From a virus (Duplodnaviria; Caudoviricetes), in IMG/VR virus record IMGVR_UViG_3300037477_000038, positions 1 through 27,906 of that record: a DNA stretch of 27,906 nucleotides; one strand, 5' to 3'. The notes under the pieces are model-generated. The model saw nothing but the letters and a program-made list of their open reading frames with translations. It was not told the DNA's origin and made no database searches. Shown one piece after another: positions 5,254 to 12,911 of this stretch; position 1 is the first letter of the stretch; every line of letters begins with the position of its first letter. The translations under genes were made by a program, and so were the position numbers.

Positions 5254-6893
5254 CCCAGCCCCTCACCCTCCCGCCCACTCCCCAAAGCATCGCGCTCATC
5301 GACATCAGCTACTTGTTCGCAAAGAGGTGGCACACCATCCCGCTCGGCGAGAAGAACGCAGCGGCCATCGCCACGCTCAGGGATATCGAGGACCTGAAGA
5401 GCGGCGTCGACCACGTCATCATCTGCCGCGACGCCCCGCCCTACAGCAAGCGCCTCGCTCTCTTCCCCGAGTACAAGGCGAACCGCCCGAAGGCCGAGCC
5501 CGAAGAGGCCGCGCAGAAACGCTGGCTCTGGGCAGAGATTGGCAAACGCGGCTATGCCGTGGGCTTTGCCGAGGGCTACGAAGCCGACGACGTGATCGCC
5601 ACGCTCGCCAAGAGTTACAGCGAGTGGTGTGACGACGTGCGCATCGTGGGCACGGACAAGGACTGCGCGCAGTGCATCACCGAGCACGTCAAGCAGTACA
5701 TCCCCCCGGTCGGCGCCAAGGATTGGGAAGTGCGGGACATCGCGGCGGTGTGGAAGAAGTTTGGCGTCGCGCCGGGTACCATCCCGCTCTACCAAGGGCT
5801 CGTCGGCGACACGTCGGACAACATCCCCGGCGTGCCAGACATTGGCCCGAAGACGGCGGCGGGCTTGGTCAACAAGTACCCCTCCCTCGAGCTGCTCGCG
5901 GCGGGCCTGGCCACCGGCGCGGCAACCCAAGACAGCAAGCTGAACGCCAAGATCAAGTCGCTCGCCTCCAACTGGGAGAGCCTGGTGATGTCGCTCAAGC
6001 TGGCGACGCTCGATACCAACGTGCCGCTCGACACCCAGGCGCTGCTCTCCAACTGTGAGCCCATCGCTCCGCTGCGCAGCATGGACGAGGAAGTGCTCGA
6101 CGAGGCGGCCCGCCTCTACCAGGAGAAGCTGCCCGACCTGAAGCAGGTGGCCGCCAAGGACGACGAGCTGCTCGAGCGGGAGTACGACCGGGAGCGGGAG
6201 CAGCAGGCAGAGAACGACACCGTCTCCAACGAGCCAGGCGACAAGGCGGGCGAGTCGGTGGTGGTGCCCCGGCACTCTCCCTCTCATGCGCTCCTCACCC
6301 TGCCGCAGTACAGCGAATCTCAGTACGGCCTGGTCACCAAGGACCTACAGCCGCTCGACCTGAAGGCCGCCAAGACGGTGAGCATGTGGCTCTTCGATGG
6401 CGGGGTTTACCCGCAATTCAAAACCGAGCAGGCGGTGTTCAGCGTCATCGCTCGGGGCAAAGAGCTCGGCATCGGCATGACGACCGCGCTTGCCGGCCAT
6501 CACATGGTCGAGGGCAAGCCGGTTGCTAGCGCCGACCTCATCCGTGCGCTGGCGGAGCGCGATGTGAACTTCGAATACCTGATGCCCATCGAGATTGGCC
6601 CGACCAAGGTGGTGTGGCGGGGCAAGCACAAGAAGCACCCGACCCACGTGGACTACTCCTACACCATCGATGAGGCGAGGGAGGCCCTAGGGATGCCCGA
6701 CCGGACCGGGAAGACGCTGGTGTTCAAGAAGGACAAGTACGGCAACCCCGGCAACTGGGAGAAGCGCCCGCAAGACATGCTCATGAAGACGGCGGGATCC
6801 AAGCTCGCGCGCCTGCTCTGGCCCGGCGCGACCCTCGGCATGTACTGCCCCGAAGAGATGGGCTACAGCCAGGAAGAGCTGGAGGCGGCCTAA
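5250..6893 (+). CDS. 5'-3' exonuclease / flap endonuclease (PolI/T5 FEN family) fused to a RecT-like single-strand annealing domain
   Basis: FEN motifs LID, RD, YKANR, EADD, GTDKD, GDTSDNIPGV..IGPKTA. C-terminal RGKELGIG..TAL...HMVEGKP..SADLI...NWEKRPQDML.K.A.S..AR..WPG...GMY.PEEM pattern resembles phage RecT-like proteins. Confidence 0.85.
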   Translation: MTQPLTLPPTPQSIALIDISYLFAKRWHTIPLGEKNAAAIATLRDIEDLKSGVDHVIICRDAPPYSKRLALFPEYKANRPKAEPEEAAQKRWLWAEIGKRGYAVGFAEGYEADDVIATLAKSYSEWCDDVRIVGTDKDCAQCITEHVKQYIPPVGAKDWEVRDIAAVWKKFGVAPGTIPLYQGLVGDTSDNIPGVPDIGPKTAAGLVNKYPSLELLAAGLATGAATQDSKLNAKIKSLASNWESLVMSLKLATLDTNVPLDTQALLSNCEPIAPLRSMDEEVLDEAARLYQEKLPDLKQVAAKDDELLEREYDREREQQAENDTVSNEPGDKAGESVVVPRHSPSHALLTLPQYSESQYGLVTKDLQPLDLKAAKTVSMWLFDGGVYPQFKTEQAVFSVIARGKELGIGMTTALAGHHMVEGKPVASADLIRALAERDVNFEYLMPIEIGPTKVVWRGKHKKHPTHVDYSYTIDEAREALGMPDRTGKTLVFKKDKYGNPGNWEKRPQDMLMKTAGSKLARLLWPGATLGMYCPEEMGYSQEELEAA

Positions 6894-7195
6894 GCCTTCC
6901 AGTGCTGCTCGTAGAGCGCCAGCCAATCCGAGAGCCTCATGGTGACGAGGCTCTCGGCGCGGTCGACCCGGTGAATCACCACCGGCACCCGACCCCTGGC
7001 GCTCGCCGTGGCCTGCGCCATGGCCTTGGGCACATTGACCACGCGAGCCCGGCGCTTGCATTCGATCGCGAGCGCTGGGTGCTCGAGGTCGCCGCCCCCG
7101 TCGCGGCACTGGTCGAGCTGGCGCACCAGGCCCAGCTGTTGCCCGACCTCCCGCTCGTAGCTGGCGCCCTTGGCTCGGCTGTTGATGGGCATCAC
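6890..7195 (-). CDS. Holliday-junction resolvase-like PD-(D/E)XK nuclease (Hjc type)
   Basis: NSRAKGASYERE...GGGDL...IECKR...QA...PVVIHR...VTMRL.DW pattern. Confidence 0.8.
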   Translation of the reverse strand: MMPINSRAKGASYEREVGQQLGLVRQLDQCRDGGGDLEHPALAIECKRRARVVNVPKAMAQATASARGRVPVVIHRVDRAESLVTMRLSDWLALYEQHWKA

Positions 7196-7377
7196 TTGCG
7201 ATGAGCGGTGGCGCTTCTGATCTGCGCCTGCTGGTGCTCGACGTCCCGATGCGTCAGGGGGAAGGGCTCCTCCTCCTTCACCAACGTGCGCTGCAGCCCG
7301 CGCACCAGGTCATACCCCGACGCCAGCAACTCGAGCCCGTCGAACACGGCATCGACCACGCGCACCCGCAGCTTCAT
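7192..7377 (-). CDS. Hypothetical protein (61 aa)
   Basis: 4-nt overlaps with both neighbours. Confidence 0.65.
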   Translation of the reverse strand: MKLRVRVVDAVFDGLELLASGYDLVRGLQRTLVKEEEPFPLTHRDVEHQQAQIRSATAHRK

Positions 7378-7769
7378 AGGCGGCTCAGCTCGTAGTCGGT
7401 GAGCTGGATATGCGGGCGGTCTCGCTTGTGCCAGAGGGCGCCGACGTCAATCTCGATGTCGATGTCGTTGGCCACGGCGAGCACGTAGCCGGCGAGGAAC
7501 ATGAAGAGCTCGCCGTCGTTCCAGTTGATGGGGTACGGCGCCAGGTCGGCGGCCGTGCTCGGCAATGTATTATGCCGGGAGTCGGGCCACATCTTGTCGC
7601 TGTTGCCGTCCCGGAAGGCCTGGTTCTGCGCGAGCTCGCCACGGTGCCCACACACGACCGTGAAGTCGAGCACGCGCCGCTTGCTCAGGCGCTTGTCGAC
7701 TTCCTTGATGAGCCGCACGAGCTTTGGGTGGCACGTGTCGAGCTGCCGGACGCTGGCCTCGCCGAGCAT
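7374..7769 (-). CDS. Endolysin, peptidase M15 family (L-Ala-D-Glu peptidase-like)
   Basis: L..CHPKL...DFTVVCGHR...Q...F..G.S.....SRH.....AADL.PYP..W...DRPHIQL (Zn ligands H, D, H). True start is ATG 7769. Confidence 0.9.
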   Translation of the reverse strand: MLGEASVRQLDTCHPKLVRLIKEVDKRLSKRRVLDFTVVCGHRGELAQNQAFRDGNSDKMWPDSRHNTLPSTAADLAPYPINWNDGELFMFLAGYVLAVANDIDIEIDVGALWHKRDRPHIQLTDYELSRL

Positions 7770-8104
7770 CAGGAACCGAACGCTTTCACCAGCTCGTGGA
7801 TGACGGCGGCGTACTCGGGCACGTAGCGCTCGATGACCGGGGCGAGCAGCCCGACGACGGTGCCCAAGATGGCCCACTTGCCCATCAGCTTCAGCTTGCC
7901 GAAGCGTACCGGGGGGACGTCGGCGATGCCCGGCGCGCTCTGCGTCAGGGCCTGGCTCAGCGCCTGGCGGGCTTCGTTGCGCTCCCGGCGCAGGCGCATG
8001 TTCTCGCGCTTGAGCGCCATGTTCTCCGCGCTCGTCCCGATGCCGGGCTCGGTGGTCGCGTCGCGCGCCACCTCATAGGGTGGCAGGGGCGGGGGCTGCG
8101 TCAC
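7769..8104 (-). CDS. Membrane protein in the lysis cassette (holin- or spanin-like)
   Basis: Coiled coil followed by hydrophobic WAILGTVVGLLAPVI. GTG 8104 is coupled to the upstream stop. Adjacent to the endolysin. Confidence 0.6.
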   Translation of the reverse strand: MTQPPPLPPYEVARDATTEPGIGTSAENMALKRENMRLRRERNEARQALSQALTQSAPGIADVPPVRFGKLKLMGKWAILGTVVGLLAPVIERYVPEYAAVIHELVKAFGS

Positions 8105-8286
8105 GGGCCACCGTCCTTCGCCTGGCAGGCGTGCACCCGGCGCACCACCTCGCGCAGATCTCCGAGGGTGATGGCGTCCGGTTCGAGGGGTAGCAGACCC
8201 ACGGCGTCCACCCGACATTGGAGCAGAGCGCCTCCGCCGCACCCTGCTAGGGCTCCGACGAGAACGAAAAGCGCGCTCTTGAACAT
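8101..8286 (-). CDS. Small lipoprotein (possible o-spanin)
   Basis: Signal peptide with lipobox LAG-C. First gene of the lysis cassette. Confidence 0.7.
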   Translation of the reverse strand: MFKSALFVLVGALAGCGGGALLQCRVDAVGLLPLEPDAITLGDLREVVRRVHACQAKDGGP

Positions 8287-8382
8287 GCCCAGAATGATAC
8301 ACCCGCCACATTTTTGCGCCCGTCAAAACCCCAGGGGGTGATGACAGACGCTCAGGCCCGTGATACTTCTTGCTTTGGGTGG

Positions 8383-8433
8383 GCCCTGACCGTCGCTACG
8401 AGCTGTCCCCCCCCGGCTCGTGACGGTCAGGGC
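8383..8433. terminator. Long hairpin between the tail region and lysis cassette (terminator or structured RNA)
   Basis: GCCCTGACCGTC/GACGGTCAGGGC 12-bp stem plus inner ACGAGC/GCTCGT stem. No clear U-tract. Confidence 0.5.
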
Positions 8434-8441
8434 TAGCCTGC

Positions 8442-8825
8442 TTACTCACCGGCGACCGGTAGCTCGTAGCGGCCGGTCTGCTTCAGGGGGTGCAAGAGGT
8501 TACGCTGTTCCTGCTCGTACTCGAGCTGGGCCAGGCGGGTCGAGTCCTTCACGGCTTGAGCGATGACTCGTTCTCGATATCCTCTACCAAGTCGCGAAGC
8601 CTCCGCGGTTGCTCGCGCAGCACGGTCTCGAATGCCATCGTCCACGTCGCGTTGACTAAGGGCAATTCGCGCTGCTGCTGCCTTGCCGACGCTGCGCTCG
8701 AGTAGCGTCTCTGTCGGTAGAGAAGCCAGGTAGCGATCGCTGCAACTAAACCAGTCCCATACTTTGCCCAGAGCAGAGCGAGGACGGAGCTCGCTAATGT
8801 TAGGGTTGTCATGATCGGCACTCAT
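8442..8825 (-). CDS. Hypothetical protein (127 aa from ATG 8825; alternatively only the 36-aa end from GTG 8552)
   Basis: GGGAG RBS 6 nt upstream of ATG 8825. GC3 is high mainly in the last 36 codons. Confidence 0.45.
   Translation of the reverse strand: MSADHDNPNISELRPRSALGKVWDWFSCSDRYLASLPTETLLERSVGKAAAARIALSQRDVDDGIRDRAARATAEASRLGRGYRERVIAQAVKDSTRLAQLEYEQEQRNLLHPLKQTGRYELPVAGE
8549..8812 (-). CDS. Small membrane protein overlapping the previous ORF in another frame (holin-like candidate)
   Basis: MTTLTLASSVLALLWAKYGTGLVAAIATWLLYRQRR: hydrophobic N-terminus followed by a basic stop-transfer. Stop overlaps GTG 8552. Confidence 0.5.
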   Translation of the reverse strand: MTTLTLASSVLALLWAKYGTGLVAAIATWLLYRQRRYSSAASARQQQRELPLVNATWTMAFETVLREQPRRLRDLVEDIENESSLKP

Positions 8826-8904
8826 CTCATTCTCCCGTGTTTCCCTGCGTATTGCACTGATTTGGTACTCTTGCGGTATCACCCCCTGGAGTCAGACTTT
8901 ACGA

Positions 8905-9135
8905 ATGAAGCTCGGTGTCGCAATGATGGTCCTGATGGGGTGTGGCGCGTGTGGCGGAGAGGCTCCGGAGCCCGAACCGGTTGGGGCAGAGGAGCCCGCC
9001 CCTGCGGCCCCTGCCGTGCCGGCAGAGCGCGTCATCCCACTGTGCGATGGCTCGCTCGCGCAGGCGCCGGAGCTCTGCCAGGAGCTGCGCTACGGCACCC
9101 GCGGGTACTGCAACTTCTGGCATGCCTGCCATTAG
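8905..9135 (+). CDS. Cys-rich small lipoprotein, antisense to the late genes (superinfection-exclusion candidate)
   Basis: MKLGVAMMVLMG-C lipobox, Pro/Glu/Ala tether and a 4-Cys C-terminal domain. Confidence 0.75.
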   Translation: MKLGVAMMVLMGCGACGGEAPEPEPVGAEEPAPAAPAVPAERVIPLCDGSLAQAPELCQELRYGTRGYCNFWHACH

Positions 9136-11294
9136 CTGAACTCCTCGACGATGATCCAGCCCGCGCCGCCGGCTGCGCCCGCCACTGCGGGGCTCGCGGG
9201 GCGACTGCCACCGCCGCCGCCCGCTCCGGAGTTTGTGCCCGCAGCTTGCCCCGCTTCTGAGCTGGTACCGTTGAATCCGCCCTTGCCGGCGCCAGACCCG
9301 CCGCCGTTGCCGCCGTAGCCCTCTACGAGTGTCGTGTCGAGATTGCCGACCTGCCCCGGCGCTCCCTTGCAGGAGAGCGCCACGGTGCCGCCGATCGAGT
9401 CCACCGCGCCACCGTCGCCGCCCTCTGCGTAGCTGCCGCCCACCGAACCGCCCACTCCACCGTGAGCGGTCCGAGTAACGGAGCCATCGTTGAACGTGGT
9501 GTCTCCGCCCGTGCCGCCCGCGGTGCCAGGGGCCGGCGTGGACGCTCCCGCCGTGCCCGCCGCGCCTACCGCATAGGCGCTCGTCGCGGGGACGCTGGTG
9601 ATGTCGAGCTCTTCATAGCCGCCCTCGCCGCCACCGCCGCCCACGTTCCCATCTGCTGCGCCCGCGCCACCGCCGCCACCACCACCGCCTTTCATGCGCA
9701 CCTTGGCGCGACGACAACGCACGTCGTAGGTATGGGTGCCTGAGCTGCTCGTGTAGGTTGTGCGGGCGATGAGCTTGCCGCGTGCGGTCATGCTCGCGAG
9801 CAGGCGATGGCGACCGTTGAAGTAATAGACGATGGCTCGCCCACCCGCAGGGAAGAACAGCGCTTCGCCCTCCGGATTGCGAATGCTCGTGGTCGTGGCG
9901 CCCGAGTCCTCGAGCAAGGTACCCACGGGGCCAGCGCTCGAGCGGCGATCGATGAGCCAGAACCAGTACCCTTGCGTCTTCGCGGTGAAGCCGGCGAATG
10001 AGTAGGCCGCGCTCACGGACTGGATCGTGACCGACCCGCCGCAGGGCAGCACGCTGATATCGAGCACGCCCTGTGCTCCAGTGAGGGCTGTGAGGTCGAT
10101 GTTCCCGTCGCGCGCGTCGGGGTTGGCAACGGAGATGGTTTTCCAGTTGGTGCCGCGACCGATCAACTTGAAGCCGCCGCGCCCTGCAATGATGAGCGTC
10201 GTGTCTCCGGGGCAAGCGATGTTGTCCGAGCCGGCGGTGCTGTGAGTGACGAGCAGGTTACCCGTGCCGCTCGCGCGGGCATACTCGACCTCGAGGATGC
10301 GTCCCTCGGCGCAGCCGCTGATGGTGCCGAGCGTCACATCCGCCGTGCTCGTGATGAGCACGCGGGTGGCCCCTGCCGTGAGCGTGATGTTGAGCGCACC
10401 CGAGACGCTCGCCTCCGTGTGCAGGGTGCCGAGGCGAACCTCGTTGTTGAACTGGTGGATGCCCGTCCACGGTGAGCTCTGAAAGTTGGTCGAGCGCGTG
10501 ACGACCAGGGTGTTGACGTTCTGCGCGGCGGTGACTTCGCTCGTCAGCGCAGCGCGCTGAAACTCGTGAGCCGTCCCGTCGTAGACGATGCTGGTCGAGT
10601 CGATATTGGCGAGCGGCACAGCAGAGGGGGCCGCCGTGGTCGTGCCGATGTTACCGAGGAACGTGTCGCGCGCCACGGGGCTGAGCGAGCCGACCGGCAC
10701 GGTCGAGCCGGCAGCGCTGACGCCCGCGATGAAGCCGATGACCACCGGCTCGTCCTCGACGAAGGGGTTGGCGTCGCTCGACTCGATGATGGTGACGCCG
10801 AGGTCCCAGTACGCCCCCTGGTCCGTCATCGTGTTCAAGTCAAAGCGCAGAAAGCGGCTCGGGTTGATGGCGTCCACCATCGTCAGCGTGCCGAGCGGAG
10901 TCGTCGGGCCCCCGCTCATCACGTCGAGCCAGGGCTGGACGCTCTGCAGACGCCCGTTACTCTCTGACACGCGGATGACGGTCGCCGTGTTCTGAACGGC
11001 CTGGTTCAGGCGCATGCGCCCGACGGTGGGGTCGGCTGCCGCGGTGCTGGTCGAGAAGTAGAACGCCAGGGGGTTGGCGCTCGGCGCGTTGTCGGCGACC
11101 TGCAGGAAGACGTCGTTGCAGGCGTCGCGGGTCGCGCGCAGGGCCGGGCCGAGCTCGCGGTTGACGTAGTCGATCAGGTTCTCGAGCGTCTGGCTGCCGC
11201 TGAAGGGGCGGATAGCGCGGTTGACGCCCGAGCGCTGCTGACCAAAGCCCGCCTGTCGTTGTGCTTCAGTGAGTTGCCGATCGTTACACGCCAT
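9132..11294 (-). CDS. Tail fibre / receptor-binding protein with glycine-rich C-terminal domain
   Basis: 720 aa, beta-rich modules, and C-terminal GGGGGGGG...GGEGGY...GAAGGAGWIIVEEF adhesin-like domain. Confidence 0.8.
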   Translation of the reverse strand: MACNDRQLTEAQRQAGFGQQRSGVNRAIRPFSGSQTLENLIDYVNRELGPALRATRDACNDVFLQVADNAPSANPLAFYFSTSTAAADPTVGRMRLNQAVQNTATVIRVSESNGRLQSVQPWLDVMSGGPTTPLGTLTMVDAINPSRFLRFDLNTMTDQGAYWDLGVTIIESSDANPFVEDEPVVIGFIAGVSAAGSTVPVGSLSPVARDTFLGNIGTTTAAPSAVPLANIDSTSIVYDGTAHEFQRAALTSEVTAAQNVNTLVVTRSTNFQSSPWTGIHQFNNEVRLGTLHTEASVSGALNITLTAGATRVLITSTADVTLGTISGCAEGRILEVEYARASGTGNLLVTHSTAGSDNIACPGDTTLIIAGRGGFKLIGRGTNWKTISVANPDARDGNIDLTALTGAQGVLDISVLPCGGSVTIQSVSAAYSFAGFTAKTQGYWFWLIDRRSSAGPVGTLLEDSGATTTSIRNPEGEALFFPAGGRAIVYYFNGRHRLLASMTARGKLIARTTYTSSSGTHTYDVRCRRAKVRMKGGGGGGGGAGAADGNVGGGGGEGGYEELDITSVPATSAYAVGAAGTAGASTPAPGTAGGTGGDTTFNDGSVTRTAHGGVGGSVGGSYAEGGDGGAVDSIGGTVALSCKGAPGQVGNLDTTLVEGYGGNGGGSGAGKGGFNGTSSEAGQAAGTNSGAGGGGGSRPASPAVAGAAGGAGWIIVEEFS

Positions 11295-11622
11295 CGATGG
11301 CCGCCACTTCCGAGTGCCGCACGAAGGCGGTGGTCTGACTCGATTGGTTCACGGTGCCGGACCCTGCCCAGAAGCCCGTATGCCTCTCGGCTTTGCGGCT
11401 CACCCAGACCACGTGATAGGTGCCCGTGCTGTCGCGCACGATGGGGTTGGCCCCCACGGGGTAGTGCGTGCCCGAGACGGGCGCGGCGTTGTAGAGCCAC
11501 TCGAGCTCGGTGCCGTCGATGCCCTCACGCAGAAGGAACCGAATCGTGGTCGGGTCGGTGGCGATGCCGCTCGAGTTGGTGAAGACGACCGAGAACGTGA
11601 GGTCTTGTCCGATGTGGGCCAT
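11284..11622 (-). CDS. Putative virion (tail) protein, Ig-like beta domain
   Basis: Operon position and beta-strand pattern (F.V.F.N..G..TDP...STGTYHV.W). Confidence 0.65.
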   Translation of the reverse strand: MAHIGQDLTFSVVFTNSSGIATDPTTIRFLLREGIDGTELEWLYNAAPVSGTHYPVGANPIVRDSTGTYHVVWVSRKAERHTGFWAGSGTVNQSSQTTAFVRHSEVAAIDGV

Positions 11623-12516
11623 TCATTCCTCCGTGACTGCGCCGCTCGCTCGGCTGCCGCTGACGCGGGCAAAGGGTTCGCGCACGGTGACGCCGCTCTG
11701 GGCACCGTGAGCCGTGACCCCCGAGTGCGGGTGGCTCGCCCCGATCGATTCGCCGACTGCTGCCGGGTGGGGCGCCGAGACCGAGCCGCTCACGCTGATG
11801 ATGGAGACGGCGGCGCCTGCTGCCGTCGGGCGTGGCGCGCTCGGGGTGCCGGCAACGCTGACGACGGCGACGTTGGCCCCGCCGCTCGCTGTGGGTGCCG
11901 GGGCGCTCGGTGTGCCGCTCGCAGCGACCTCGATGTTGGCGGCGCCACTGACCGTGGGCACGGGAGAGGTGGGGGTGCCACTCGCGTTGACCCCGGCGTC
12001 GAGGAAGATGGCCCCGGCGTAGTCGGGGGAGGTCGCGGTCGACACCCCGACGGTGACGGCGCCTGCGCCCGTGACGATGCGATCGGCGTAGTACCCGCCA
12101 CCCGAGTCGTAGCGCTCGTTGGTGTTGGCGACCGGAGTGTGGGTCGTCGAGACCGCCTCCATGCCGAAGACGATGACCCCGCCCGTGTTGGGGGAGTAGC
12201 TCGCGCTTGCCGCGCTCGCTTGCTGCCCGCTCTGAAACGAGCCGACGCCCGTATAGTGGGCGGCCACCACGGTGTCGACGGACGAGCCCGTGACGGCGAG
12301 CGTTGCCGTGCCCACCGGGGGGCTCAGCATGTAGAAGACTTGGACGAAGCCGTTGTCCGTGTTGGCCACCGACATCGCGACACCGTTGTAGGTCGCCGAC
12401 TGCGCGGACTGCGTGGACGTGTAGAGCGCGACCGCAACCAGAATGCGATCGGTGCCAGCGGCGACCGTGACCGAGCGCGACGCGGCGCCCGTGGTGACGC
12501 TGACGAATGCAGCCAT
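11623..12516 (-). CDS. Putative virion fibre protein with ~21-aa repeats
   Basis: Ala/Thr/Ser/Val-rich, with four repeats of (S/A)G(T/S)PSAP.PT.SG.A. Confidence 0.7.
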   Translation of the reverse strand: MAAFVSVTTGAASRSVTVAAGTDRILVAVALYTSTQSAQSATYNGVAMSVANTDNGFVQVFYMLSPPVGTATLAVTGSSVDTVVAAHYTGVGSFQSGQQASAASASYSPNTGGVIVFGMEAVSTTHTPVANTNERYDSGGGYYADRIVTGAGAVTVGVSTATSPDYAGAIFLDAGVNASGTPTSPVPTVSGAANIEVAASGTPSAPAPTASGGANVAVVSVAGTPSAPRPTAAGAAVSIISVSGSVSAPHPAAVGESIGASHPHSGVTAHGAQSGVTVREPFARVSGSRASGAVTEE

Positions 12517-12524
12517 GGCTCAGC

Positions 12525-12908
12525 TCACGATGCGGGCCAGGTGATGACGAGTGAAGTTAAATTACAGGTCTGGCCACTCGTGATGGTGTCGCTGCCGGTG
12601 ACAACGCCGCCCCACTGCACTGTCCCGCCGCGGTCCTTGATTTGGTAGTTGTCGACCGCGGTGGCGGAGCCCGCCGAGGCGACGGCGCTGATGGTGACGC
12701 CGGCTAGCGTGATGGCGCCGGTCGAGGCTGCCCCGAAGGGGGTATTATTGAGGTTGAACGTGACCAGCGTGGTGGTGCTGTTGCGCAGGAGCAGTGTCGC
12801 CGTGCCGCCGCCCGTGGCGATGAGCGTGGTGAAGGCGTCCGCCTGCGCGTTGCGCGCGGCGGTGGCGATGGGGAACGAGGCTGACGGGTTGCCGAGAGTG
12901 AGGGCCAT
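12525..12908 (-). CDS. Putative virion structural protein
   Basis: ARNAQADAF...GG.ATL...TTLVTFNL..TPFG.A pattern. Paralogous to 13076-13516. Confidence 0.7.
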   Translation of the reverse strand: MALTLGNPSASFPIATAARNAQADAFTTLIATGGGTATLLLRNSTTTLVTFNLNNTPFGAASTGAITLAGVTISAVASAGSATAVDNYQIKDRGGTVQWGGVVTGSDTITSGQTCNLTSLVITWPAS

Positions 12909-12911
12909 TGG

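Noticed and set aside
8877-8893. Resemblance of TATCACCCCCTGGAGT to a lambda operator
   Set aside because: Only one half matches, it is not repeated, and the repressor here is not lambda CI-like.
9132-11294. Diversity-generating retroelement or invertible segment acting on the tail fibre
   Set aside because: No reverse transcriptase, template/variable repeat pair or invertase is visible in the window.
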